64,000 bases of DNA, taken from NCBI GenBank assembly GCA_051294905.1, contig CM119371.1, positions 248,001 to 312,000 of the forward strand, given 5' to 3'. The stretch comes from Botryllus schlosseri. Lineage: Eukaryota. The position numbers and the translations under genes were made by a program. Under the pieces are notes generated by a model. The model worked only from the letters and a program-made list of their open reading frames with translations. It ran no database searches and was not told where the DNA came from. Shown here piece by piece: positions 27,270 through 40,146 of the stretch; positions within the stretch are counted from its first letter, which is position 1; every line of letters starts with the position of its first letter.

Positions 27270-27508
27270 TCGCTGGTAGTTAACTCGATTAATCAAACCC
27301 CTAAGAAATTTCACTCACTCATTGGATATTAAACAGTGTCGCCTAATCGGTGTGGGTCGCTTTTTCTAAATACAAATCATACCTGACCATCGCTGATAAT
27401 TAACTCGGTAAATCAAAACCCTAAGAAATTTCACTCACTCGTTGGATATTAAACAGTGTCGCTTAATCGGTGTAGATCGTTTTTCTAAATGCAAATCATA
27501 CCTGATCA
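27270..27508. repeat. 120-bp tandem duplication inside the Polinton-like arm
   Basis: ctaagaaatttcactcactc..ttggatattaaacagtgtcgc starts at both 27301 and 27421. Mirrored at ~34275-34505. Confidence 0.85.
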
Positions 27509-29339
27509 ACAGAAAACAATTTTCACTCACCTTGTAATGAAGCCAAGTGGTGGACCTTCGTTCAATATTTTGTTTGTGTCAAATACTTTGCAATAAACAC
27601 ACTGGAGTGGTCGAGCTTTACATCAGCAGACTGTAATCTGTAAATCAAGCTTACATCCGACTTGTAACTGTATCGTTTACCTAACCGAGTTGTATGCAGA
27701 GTTTGATATTTTTTGTTATTTGGTAATTGCTGAATATACTACTTCGAAATACCCCCTTGAACGTAATTTCCATCATCGTAATAATCGAAGTACATTTGTG
27801 TCGAATTCGTAACAACCGACTATGACATGATAAATTTTTTACAAGTTATGCTTGGAAGGTTGGTTGTATATCACGAAAAATAATTACCGCTCATTTTGAT
27901 ACTGTTATCCATTGTTCGGTATTTTCAAACGAGTAAAATTTATTACTTGAGTTACTCCGCTTAATGCAAATGTAAACACAACCGCCTTTCAACATCACAA
28001 AGACATCGATACAAAGTATACAAGCAAACGCAACAAGTTTTACTTTTGTAGGTTGTGTATGATTATCCTGCATAACTCATTTCTTACCAAAGTCATATGA
28101 AATATATTCATGTTACACGAAAATATTCCCATGCTACAAACCTATACAAGGATTGGTGGCGCTTTCAAAATGTTTCGATACCACAAGAACTTTATTGTCT
28201 GAATAATCAAATAGTTCAACACAGAACTAGTACTAACAGAAACATCAGAGTTGTTTACACAAAACTTTGTATGTGTACAGTATGCGAATACCATGTGTAA
28301 GTCCAGCACAATTTTGGTATCCATCCGGGTTTAGTTAACACAATTTACGACACCGAGGTCACCTCATCTTTCGTAAGACAACAAACCAACCAAGGTTTCA
28401 GGATATGTCCATGTCATAGCAATAAATCAGCTACTCCAACAACAGAGTACATATGTTTTCTAGTTACGGTGCTTACATCTTACACACAAATCAATCTACT
28501 TTGCTAACAAAAAGTGCTGGGTCATCAAGTGATTGCCCTAACAACAAAACAGCTAAACGTACTATCATACAAAATGGCCGTTATAGTCACAAGGTACATG
28601 ATACAAGTAACAAGTCTCGAGAATCCAGTTATTGAAAAAACATGAAAGTGTTTCTCCTGCGCCAAGTCGTTATGTTGACGAAAGCGTATATTGTAATATC
28701 ATGATCGATTTGCATTCGTTGGTCACAAAATGTCACTACTCTAAATAATTATTTTTCACTCAAACACAAACACATACTTGTCACCAATCGTTTTCATCAA
28801 GCACGAGTTCAAGAAACCTGCTACGACATGAATTCCGATTTAGTTTTACAAATATTTTATAATTGTTTTTTATTAACACTATATCAATGTCATCAAGTTG
28901 AGTGTTTACGATATTAGTGTGTAGGTGTGTGTGTCATACTTGGAGGATCCGTATTACAATTGACTCGAATTGACTAAATGTAAGAAGGGTTGAAATGTTT
29001 CGAATCGATTCATAAGTGGTCTTCGTTGTGGTTTTCGTCGGACATACAGCACGAACTAACTGTAGACTCCTCTCTGTTGTGCAGCTACTCGGTAATCGAA
29101 ATGCATTAACATGTAAACAACCATCTTGTTTCGTTACACCAAACATATGTTCACTGTCGCGATACTCTGCACAAGACGTGCAAATCCTTTTCACACTCGT
29201 AATAGTATACCAACGTCAAGCGATAACGTTTAACAAGACCAATGACACTGAACCCACGACGTTTACCTATGTAAAATTACCACTTTCACTTGTCAGTCCA
29301 TCGTTTACCTGACTAAACATATTATTTTCCTTTGGAGAT

Positions 29340-29850
29340 CTGACGTTTACCCAGAGTAAGAAACCATTTTCACTTGTAAATATATTTTTTCCTTGGCTAA
29401 CAAACCTTTTTTCACTTGGAAATATATTTTTTCTCTGGGTAACAAACCTTTTTCACTTGGAAATATATTTTTTCTCTGGTTAACAAACCTTTTTCACTTG
29501 GAAATATATTTTTTCTCTGGTTAACAAACCTTTTTCACTTGGAAATATTTTTTTTTTCTCCGGTTAACAAACCTTTTTCACTTGGAAATATATTTTTTCT
29601 CTGGGCAACAAACCTTTTTCCCCGGGTAACAAACCATTTTTCGCTGAGCAACAAGCCATTTTCACTTGGTGGTCCGTCGTTTACCTGAGTAAAAATATCA
29701 TTTTCCTTTGGAGATCTGGCGTTTACCCAGTGTAACAATGCATTTTCACTTGGAAAAATACTTTTACCTAGAGTAACTAATCATTTTCTCCTGGGTAACA
29801 ATCCCTTTTCACTTGGAAATACATTTTTTCCCTGGGTAACAATACCATTT
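29340..29850. repeat. ~40-43-bp minisatellite inside the Polinton-like arm
   Basis: Tandem units aacaaacctttttcacttggaaatatattttttctctgg(g/t)t. Mirrored at ~32255-32765. Confidence 0.9.
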
Positions 29851-31528
29851 TGAAATCTGACAAACACACCGGCCAATTTGATATTTTTGTATATTGTTCC
29901 AACGAACAGTGACGGAAATATACACAGACTACCGGTTTCAGAGTATACCCATCGGTCGTATCACATCAATATCATCGGTTAACCACATACAATATGCTCT
30001 TGTACACCGAAATGCACGCTTTGGAAAATTGGACAATAGGCTTCGATAGTTCTGTGATGTCCGGGTTCGTGCTTTGGATTTTCCAGAGTCAAAATGTCTG
30101 AATAAAACACCTTCTCGACGATGGTCGGTATGTGGATAACGGTGTTCGGAAAACGGTTGGGTTTATGTCACCCATCGCGATAACAACTCCAGGTCGAGTT
30201 TTCTCCCACATGTTTACTATATTGTGTCTTTATTGGTCAATGTATGTCTCGACATTCAGTTTGAAATCGGAAACCCTGATAAAGTATGTAACCGGATCCG
30301 GATATCAACTGTGAATCGATAAACCAATGGACAATATTCAAAGTAAACATGTTACACCCTGTGTTTCCACTAAAAAATACCATCCAGACATACGTCGCGC
30401 TTGTTTGCCCACATCAGTATACGCGCAAATGGAGGTGTGTGACATGGCATGCAATGTGTTGGTATACAAACATCGGGGAGTAAGCCTTCGATCCACAGAC
30501 ATTATCATAGCCGGTAGTTTTGATGTAGATCGAATGTCACCTGATAAAAATGTCATACCAATAAGCCACATTGCAGGGTCAAATGACTGTCGCGCTATTA
30601 CATCGATATTTCGGTACCGTTCACTGATTTACTCGATGGTGTTATCGTGTTGTAACATTGCAAGATAGTCATGACCCTATCTCCGGACAGACCACCCAGA
30701 GCAGTTGGATGCATCGGTCAATATCCGTCGTGTTGTCGACACCGAAGTTCTCTGCTGTACAGCGTTTGACCAATGTGAACTATCGAAGTATGGGTGCTCG
30801 AAATGATTGTGATCAGTCTTTCAGTCACGATGAATGGATGTCGCTACTCCCACATAACGACTCCAGATAAATATCGTGAACCGCGATTCTGTAAATCTCG
30901 GACTGATACTGTGATCCAGTAAGGTGTGTTTCTGTGGAATGAAGACTGCAATCGTACACCGCAATAGAACACTACCTCGTGATTTCACACACAATCATAA
31001 AACACATCGTCGTAAGGGTCCAGTTCGTCCGGTGACATTTCGAAACGGGCATCACCACAAGAGATCGGTAACATTTTGAAACGGCATCGTCACAAGGCTA
31101 TTGACGTCGATTCTGTTGGTCATGTCAATCCGTTTCACAATCCGCCGTTTCTCAAGTCCCTGCACCATAGTGTTACGACACAGACAAGATGCGATGGTGG
31201 AAATAATAAAGTACGGAAGGCACACTTTGGTGTTATTTGACATGGATTTTACACCCGACGAACCTTACATTCGAGCGATGCATTGGAATGGCGCTTGCAT
31301 TATTGACGTAGAAGGAACAGAAATGTATCGATTTGTCGGTTTCGTACATATCCAACAAAAATCTGGGTATATGAGTGTGCACGGTTCGCATATTCGACTG
31401 TGAACGCTCTATTGGTATATGTTGTACTCTATTTGTATATGTTCACTTTCACCGTCGTGCGAATAACCCATGTTACGGTTCCATGTTTGTGTGTCGGTAT
31501 GTCATACTTCAGATTGACTCAGAGTCAT

Positions 31529-34500
31529 TGCAATGTGGCTTATTGGTATGACATTTTTATCAGGTGACATTCGATCTACATCAAAACTACCGGCTATGAT
31601 AATGTCTGTGGATCGAAGGCTTACTCCCCGATGTTTGTATACCAACACATTGCATGCCATGTCACACACCTCCATTTGCGCGTATACTGATGTGGGCAAA
31701 CAAGCGCGACGTATGTCTGGATGGTATTTTTTAGTGGAAACACAGGGTGTAACATGTTTACTTTGAATATTGTCCATTGGTTTATCGATTCACAGTTGAT
31801 ATCCGGATCCGGTTACATACTTTATCAGGGTTTCCGATTTCAAACTGAATGTCGAGACATACATTGACCAATAAAGGCACAATATAGTAAACATGTGGGA
31901 GAAAACTCGACCTGGAGTTGTTATCGCGATGGGTGACATAAACCCAACCGTTTTCCGAACACCGTTATCCACATACCGACCATCGTCGAGGAGGTGTTTT
32001 ATTCAGACATTTTGACTCTGGAAAATCCAAAGCACGAACCCGGACATCACAGAACTATCGAAGCCTATTGTCCAATTTTCCAAAGCGTGCATTTCGGTGT
32101 ACAAGAGCATATTGTATGTGGTTAACCGATGATATTGATGTGATACGACCGATGGGTATACTCTGAAACCGGTAGTCTGTGTATATTTCCGTCACTGTTC
32201 GTTGGAACAATATACAAAAATATCAAATTGGCCGGTGTGTTTGTCAGATTTCAAAATGGTATTGTTACCCAGGGAAAAAATGTATTTCCAGGTGAAAAGG
32301 GATTGTTACCCAGGAGAAAATGATTAGTTACTCTAGGTAAAAGTATTTTTCCAAGTGAAAATGCATTGTTACACTGGGTAAACGCCAGATCTCCAAAGGA
32401 AAATGATATTTTTACTCAGGTAAACGACGGACCACCAAGTGAAAATGGCTTGTTGCTCAGCGAAAAAGGTTTGTTACCCGGGGAAAAAGGTTTGTTGCCC
32501 AGAGAAAAAATATATTTCCAAGTGAAAAAGGTTTGTTAACCGGAGAAAAAAAATATATTTCCAAGTGAAAAAGGTTTGTTAACCAGAGAAAAAATATATT
32601 TCCAAGTGAAAAAGGTTTGTTAACCAGAGAAAAAATATATTTCCAAGTGAAAAAGGTTTGTTACCCAGAGAAAAAATATATTTCCAAGTGAAAAAAGGTT
32701 TGTTAGCCAAGGAAAAAATATATTTACAAGTGAAAATGGTTTCTTACTCTGGGTAAACGTCAGATCTCCAAAGGAAAATAATATGTTTAGTCAGGTAAAC
32801 GATGGACTGACAAGTGAAAGTGGTAATTTTACATAGGTAAACGTCGTGGGTTCAGTGTCATTGGTCTTGTTAAACGTTATCGCTTGACGTTGGTATACTA
32901 TTACGAGTGTGAAAAGGATTTGCACGTCTTGTGCAGAGTATCGCGACAGTGAACATATGTTTGGTGTAACGAAACAAGATGGTTGTTTACATGTTAATGC
33001 ATTTCGATTACCGAGTAGCTGCACAACAGAGAGGAGTCTACAGTTAGTTCGTGCTGTATGTCCGACGAAAACCACAACGAAGACCACTTATGAATCGATT
33101 CGAAACATTTCAACCCTTCTTACATTTAGTCAATTCGAGTAAATTGTAATACGGATCCTCCAAGTATGACACACACACCTACACACTAATATCGTAAACA
33201 CTCAACTTGATGACATTGATATAGTGTTAATAAAAAACAATTATAAAATATTTGTAAAACTAAATCGGAATTCATGTCGTAGCAGGTTTCTTGAACTCGT
33301 GCTTGATGAAAACGATTGGTGACAAGTATGTGTTTGTGTTTGAGTGAAAAATAATTATTTAGAGTAGTGACATTTTGTGACCAACGAATGCAAATCGATC
33401 ATGATATTACAATATACGCTTTCGTCAACATAACGACTTTGCGCAGGAGAAACACTTTCATCTTTTTTCAATAACTGGATTCTCGAGACTTGTTACTTGT
33501 ATCATGTACCTGGTGACTATAACGGCCATTTTGTATGATAGTACGTTTAGCTGTTTTATTGTTAGGGCAATCACTTGATGACCCAGCACTTTTTGTTAGC
33601 AAAGTAGATTGATTTGTGTGTAAGATGTAAGCACCGTAACTAGAAAACATATGTACTCTGTTGTTGGAGTAGCTGATTTATTGCTATGACATGGACATAT
33701 CCTGAAACCTTGGTTGGTTTGTTGTCTTACGAAAGATGAGGTGACCTCGGTGTCGTAAATTGTGTTAACTAAACCCGGATGGATACCACAATTGCGCTGG
33801 ACTTACACATGGTATTCGCATACTGTACACATACAAAGTTTTGTGTAAACAACTCTGATGTTTCTGTTAGTACTAGTTCTGTGTTGAACTATTTGATTAT
33901 TAAGATACATGAACACCCATTCAGACAATAAAGTTCTTGTGGTATCGAAACATTTTGAAAGCGCCACCAATCCTTGTATAGGTTTGTAGCATGGGAATAT
34001 TTTCGTGTAACATGAATATATTTCATATGACTTTGGTAAGAAATGAGTTATGCAGGATAATCATACACAACCTACAAAAGTAAAACTTGTTGCGTTTGCT
34101 TGTATACTTTGTATCGATGTCTTTGTGATGTTGAAAGGCGGTTGTGTTTACATTTGCATTAAGCGGAGTAACTCAAGTAATAAATTTTACTCGTTTGAAA
34201 ATACCGAACAATGGATAACAGTATCAATATGAGCGGTAATTATTTTTCGTGATATACAACCAACCTTCCAAGCATGATTTGCATTTAGAAAAACGATCTA
34301 CACCGATTAAGCGACACTGTTTAATATCCAACGAGTGAGTGAAATTTCTTAGGGTTTTGATTTACCGAGTTAATTATCAGCGATGGTCAGGTATGATTTG
34401 TATTTAGAAAAAGCGACCCACACCGATTAGGCGACACTGTTTAATATCCAATGAGTGAGTGAAATTTCTTAGGGGTTTGATTAATCGAGTTAACTACCAG

Positions 34501-37500
34501 CGATTCAATCACATCCAAGTAACGTATTTTAGTGGCCGAGTATTGTGACGAATGACAATGGGAAAATTTCCAATTTCTCTGATCGTGTGCGTTACACAAT
34601 TAGTTCTAGTACGCATTCAGTGAACATCATACAAATTGACAACAACTTTCCTTAGTTTGGTTACATGATGACGATTATTCTGGAGGTTCAAATCGATATC
34701 GCTACTATGAACAGCAATACAAACACATTTTTGTAGATTTCAGTGTAGCACATACTTCGATATTATTGTTATGGGTTTTGTATTAATCAAGACCGGTTGA
34801 ATAGAATCCGTCCAGTAAAGATACCTCTATTTACTTTTTGATGATCAAAGTCTTAGAGTGTGACCTCGTAATGTTTTTAAATTTCGCACATTTTCGACAG
34901 AGAGCGTGAACAGAGTTTAACACGGATTAAATTACTCCTCCCGGAGCCGAAGTGATATTTTCGTACTTTGTAATGTGCGTATGTTTCAATTCTCACCGCA
35001 GATCCCGACAATACAGTATTGCACCGGTTGTTAATCAGCAAACGAAATTGTTGTTTCATCTTTAGTCTTGAGTACTGGAAACAATTACATTTGTAAAATA
35101 TTTTCTGATATCCGTAATACCCAGAGTGATTTGTACCAAGGTTGAATAATTTTCCGATCGAGAACATTTTAGACACACATAGTTTACAACTCAATATGTT
35201 AATAACAATGGTACTGAAAAGTTTGTTGCTGTCATAACATTTACCACAACGCCGGGTCTAATTAACGCAAATAATTTATTAATTAAGTCATGATCAACTA
35301 TTACAAAATCTCATATGTCAAATCAATGTGTCAATCCTTATGTTTACAGCATGATAACTTTGAATATAACACCAGCGTTCGATTGTAAGAAATGAAGTCG
35401 CAACTACGTTGATCAGACTTTCAAATCTCGTATACTCAAACATAATATGTTATTCTCAAGTCACCTACACCGAGTAGTAATTACTTTTGTCTTACAAAAT
35501 ATATCGAGTAATAATTACTTTGTCTTGCAGAATATACCACGTAGTAATTCCTCTATCTTACAGAATAGTAACGACTTTTAAAGTTGAATAAAAAAAGATG
35601 CGTCGTAGGGATATGAGTAAAACCGAACTTGTTATGGATTTTAGGTTTTAGTGATTGTATGGACTCGTGTATGCTTGGCTGTTTTTCATACTGATACTGT
35701 TTGATTTGGTCGGGTAACGGATTTACTTGACAATGTTTTTGTGGTTGACTCTTTGAATATCGTAAGATGGTAAGATGTCGAGATGTAATATTATTTCTGT
35801 ACACTCAATTACAACAAAACATAACCAGCATTCAAATAATCCGTAAGCTACAAGTGGATTTAAAACTTGATGCTGTTTTGTGGTTAACTCAAGTCAGTGG
35901 TCATGTTTGTGTTGATTTCAGGGATGATCATGACGAGTTGGCCGGGTAAATTAGGTAATGTGGTAGTAACTATGACCGTACAGAGTTGCTGACATTCCAA
36001 TATCTTTTACGCTGTAATATACGGATTCACTTGCGATTATTTAATTCTCAGTTATTGTTCAGACATTCAAATCTCGTATACTCAAAATCTAATAGGTTAT
36101 GTCAAGTCGTATATGTACCGAGTAGTAATTACTTTGTGTTATAGATTAGTAACGACTTTTACAGTCGAATAAAAATTATCGGTCATATGAGTACATTCAG
36201 GATGAATTAATTCAAGTTTGCGAGTTGCAGTGATATAATCAAGTAAGTGAAAACTAGATTTTTAACAATTGTTAATGTTGTGAATAATTCTTTTGAGTAT
36301 GGTAAGATGTTAAAATATCTCTTTGACAAACGGAAAGCGGGATCGCGAATAGAGTTGCAATGTTTCATTACTTGTTTCAAATCAATGTACGTATAATATC
36401 GAAACGGGACTGTGGGAAAGTTGGTAGTCATGTTTGTCAATCCTATTTCAATTCACACTACGCCAAAGTCAAAATATTCGGTTTTGGATTATCTCAATTT
36501 ACCTATAGAACATCTCGCGAATGGATTCCGACACCGTACTATAACTAGATCGCTATGTCTGATGCATTATCGTGTCAGCGACGTAGGATTTTTACAATTA
36601 TTTCACACCTTTTTGAATAAGCGTCAATTTCACAGAGGATTAGGGTTGGATCAGAAATAGGGGAGATGTGGTACCGATGGATCACTGGGACCGAAAATAC
36701 TTGAAAAATTCACCATGATGATTCCATGATTACACTCCGTGAATTTGTCTACAATTACATGCTTTTGGAATCTTTCCTCACATGCAAAAAAATTCGACCT
36801 GCGTCAGTTATGCGGTCCGTGACGAATGATTTACGTTTTAGGGGGTGTAAAGTAAATTTGGATCGACATTTGCATTTTTCTATATCACCTTTCAGACTGA
36901 CAAACCCGCCATGATTTTTGATGTGAAGTATAAGGCTTGTATCAAGGTATGTAACGGCACATATTTTTTTAATCAATACCATCATCGAGTGGACTATTTC
37001 TAGTCAATTACAATATTTATGGGGTGGGGGACCTATGGTACCATCGCCAAATCAAGCAAAATAGATGGACCAACTAATCACTTAACAACAGAAACTCGCC
37101 TACATATATATAGGCTGTAAATCAAAGTTACCTGTGGTGTTTCATCGCTATCACGAGGTAGTTGAAAGTCAAAATGTCGATTTGCGGGTAATATATATGT
37201 GGCATTAATTTTGTAAATTTAGGCGTAAATCAAAACATGATTTGATGCCAACATTTGAGTTGATATAATCTATTTTATTCTTGAAGATCGTAACGAAACA
37301 TTCTTCATTGGCTTGCTGTAGCTTAGCTTATAGTACACAACAAAACAATTGACAAATTTGAGTTTTTGAGCGTATGAATCATAGGTTCCATGGCCGTGTG
37401 CCATAGGACCCACCGGGTGGGGACCGATGACACGTTCGAGCAACAAATTTTAAACGTTTATAAATATTTTTTGAAAAGGCGGATATTCATGTAAATGTCT

Positions 37501-38843
37501 GCGATAGGTAGAGCTTGTATCGAAGTGTTGAGACAGCAAAAGATATGCTATTCTCGGCTGAAGATTTGAGGGCCAGAGACCATTTTGCAATTTTTGATCC
37601 ATCGGTACCACATCTCCCCTAAGTGAGAATTTGTCGGTATTAGAATCACCGTCTGCGACGGTTCTGTTATTCGTTACATATTAAATCTTACCAGTGAAAT
37701 CTAGATCTGCGACAAACTAATTACCAAAATAATACCTCGTGAGCGATCGGCATGCCTGTAACATCAAGTCGCGTATGTCCGAGACATTATCTTGTCAGCA
37801 ATCGCGGGGTTTGCAACCTATTTCACACCTATTTGAAGTGTTAGTTTGTGAACGCGGCTATTGTTGATATTCGTATCGCCGTCTACGCCGGTACTGTGGT
37901 AATCTAATTGTCCAAACATTACTATGCGACTGATTCCTAGATTTAGCAAACTATTTCACACCCTTTTTGGTGAAAGTACGACATGCCGCCTGCAGTCTAT
38001 AAACGAAAGTACGAATCATCGCCGCGCCCATAAGAATAACGACTATTCTGTAGGTGCGAAACAGCGGGATACAAGGCGCGAATAACCCGATCTGAAAGTA
38101 CTATTCAGCTAGTGATCAATAGTGAGGAAAGACTTAGAACGCGATCGGTCATTTGTCACGACTAAACTACATCATATATAATAATTTACGATATACACAT
38201 TAACAAAGGTACATTCACATGACTATTCATCTGGTACATATTCAACACCGGGCCGCCGCACCTATACCCACAACGTTAGTCAAATCATCTCTACCTGAAA
38301 GGGTTAACGTGCGACCACAAGACACAAATAGCCGCATGCCACCCCCGCCATAAGAATAACGATATATCATTGTCGTACTCACCGTAAACGTTGGGATTAA
38401 CTCGAATCGGTCATATTTAATAATTTGTAATATACACATTAACTAAGAACCATTCACGTCACTATTTACCATACCTGATGCATTTTCAACACCGTGCCGC
38501 CGCCGCCTATACCCACAACGTTAGTCAAATCATCTCTACCTGACACCGTGCCGCCGCCGCCTATACCCACAACGTTAGTCAAATCATCTCTACCTGAAAG
38601 GTCACCATGTCACCGCGCCTATACCCGAAAAGGTAACCATGCCACCACGAGTTTTCACGGCACCGTGCCGCCGCAGCCTATACCCGAAAAGTTAACCGTG
38701 CCACCACAGCCATAAGACACAATGGCACCGTGCCACCGCACCCATAAGAGATAAGGGTCACCGTGCCACCACGAGTTTCTCGGCACCGTGCCGCCGCACC
38801 CATAAGCCACAATGGCACACCACGACCGATCTATTATACTACT
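31529..38843 (-). repeat. Right arm of giant inverted repeat (7,315 bp incl. 960-bp MITE)
   Basis: Reverse complement of the left arm except for a 960-bp insertion (36660-37619), loss of 350 bp corresponding to 27500-27849, an extra 20 bp at ~33901-33920, and scattered substitutions. Confidence 0.95.
36660..37619. mobile_element. Non-autonomous DNA transposon with TA TSD (Tc1/mariner/pogo-type MITE)
   Basis: Perfect 25-bp TIR GGGGAGATGTGGTACCGATGGATCA with TA duplicated on both sides. The empty site is preserved in the left arm at ~25110. Confidence 0.92.
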
Positions 38844-39978
38844 ACTGTAGACACCATATCAGCAACAAGTCAATGCAATTGACAATAGTGTTACCATATG
38901 ACCTCTTTTTTCAAAGTATTCTCAGAGCAAGCACAAATGTCCTCTTCTTTGTGAATTTATCCTCTGTTTTGAAAATTTTGGTTGAATGTATGTGAAAATT
39001 AAACTGAGAAATTGGAAATAAGTACTGAAGTAACGCTCCGGCAGGTGTTTCGAGAGTTGACCCAGAATGGTGACCTTTTTTTTACTCAACCAACTACAAA
39101 ATTGGAACAAATTTGACAATTTTTTAAAATTTAACTTCTGCATTGCAAGTCTGAATTTTATTTAAATGGTATCCTCTTTTCAGATCCCAAAACATGGTAA
39201 CCCTAATCGACACTAAATTCTGAGAAGGCGAAAAAGTGCTCGATGAGTACACAGTTACATGCAAAAACGGACCACAAAGTAGTTATATGTAGAAGTGGAT
39301 AATATAATTATTACACCAAAATATAATTCAAATATCTGTGGTTGCACTCCTTTTGCGCTTATGAGTCAACATCTCCTTGGCTTCCAGAGAAACCCGAATC
39401 AAGATGTAAAAATGATGAAGCAAATTTCAACGTCCACGTTTACGGTTAAATCGCTTGTATTTCTCACAACGCTTACACAGGAATGTCGGATTCCGACTAA
39501 AACAAAGCAAGCATGGCATTTCGCCAACGTATATCGTCGGTCGGCCAGTCATCGTAATTTAGCCAATTCGGTTGTTTGCGAATAATAAAGGTATTGATTG
39601 ATTGGAACCAGATGGCCGTGATATAACGTGATTATTATAATGAGTATAAGCTTTATAATTAGGTATTCAAGTGAAAAACAAGGGCATGGATTTTAAGGAA
39701 AAATTTTGGAATCATTTGACTGGTCCGGCCCGCGAGTGCTCTGAAAGTTTGACCATGACCCGCAACGTCAGTTGAGTTTGACACCCCTGCTTTAGATGAA
39801 TATATTACCAGGAATCAGGAACTCCGCAACTGCGGTGGATATCTCGGGCATGGAATAGAACTTAATTCACGTGGATGGGACACGTACTGTACGGGCAGAA
39901 CTAAATGATAAACGCGCGATGGTTTGAGGAGAACGTTCAATATATCCAATGCAACTGAAACTGGATGATAAGTACTAC

Positions 39979-40146
39979 CTTCATTTGCTGACAAGCTTCT
40001 AACGTCTTCCTGAATTCATCTGCTTTCTTAATGAAAAATACGGCATGGATATTGCCGAAAACGGAAATTGCTGTCCTGCGCTCCAAAATTCGTCTGTAAT
40101 CCTGGACGGGTATCAGGCCATTCACGGCAATATCCAGAAGATCCAA
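39979..40146 (-). CDS. NLR gene, LRR-region exon
   Basis: ttttag|LDLLDIAVNGLIPVQDYRRILERR...LEACQQMK|gtagta, 168 nt, phase 0-0. Confidence 0.65.

Larger units (their letters stand above)
23889..30575 (+). repeat. Left arm of giant inverted repeat (6,687 bp)
   Basis: Mirrored ORFs, e.g. 26576-26893(+) vs 34877-35194(-), 29016-29312(+) vs 32791-33087(-), and 30132-30314(+) vs 31790-31972(-). Confidence 0.95.
23889..38843. mobile_element. Non-autonomous palindromic Polinton/Maverick-type element (14,955 bp)
   Basis: Termini 5'-AGTAGTATAATAGATCGGTCG...CGACCGATCTATTATACTACT-3' with perfect 6-bp TSD ACTGTA (23883-23888, 38844-38849). Left arm 23889-30575 is the near-exact reverse complement of right arm 31529-38843, and the ORF track is mirrored. 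No recognisable pPolB, integrase, ATPase, protease or capsid ORF. Confidence 0.8.
23188..39789. mobile_element. hAT (Charlie-like) MITE split by nested insertions
   Basis: Ends cgtgggtgtcaaac / gtttgacacccctg with perfect 8-bp TSD CTTTAGAT (23180-23187, 39790-39797). Related sequence occurs at ~50560-51195. Confidence 0.8.

Noticed and set aside
26400..29312. Polinton core genes (pPolB, integrase, ATPase, protease, capsid) in the arms
   Set aside because: Only short stop-interrupted frames, with no diagnostic motifs recognisable by eye. A profile search could still find remnants.
29340..29850. CRISPR-like array
   Set aside because: Units are contiguous tandem repeats with no unique spacers, there are no cas genes, and the context is eukaryotic.
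23889..38843. Giant palindrome as an assembly or amplification artefact
   Set aside because: A perfect 6-bp TSD, element-type termini, a one-sided MITE, bidirectional indels and an intact outer TSD (CTTTAGAT) all indicate real structure. Long-read confirmation is still desirable.
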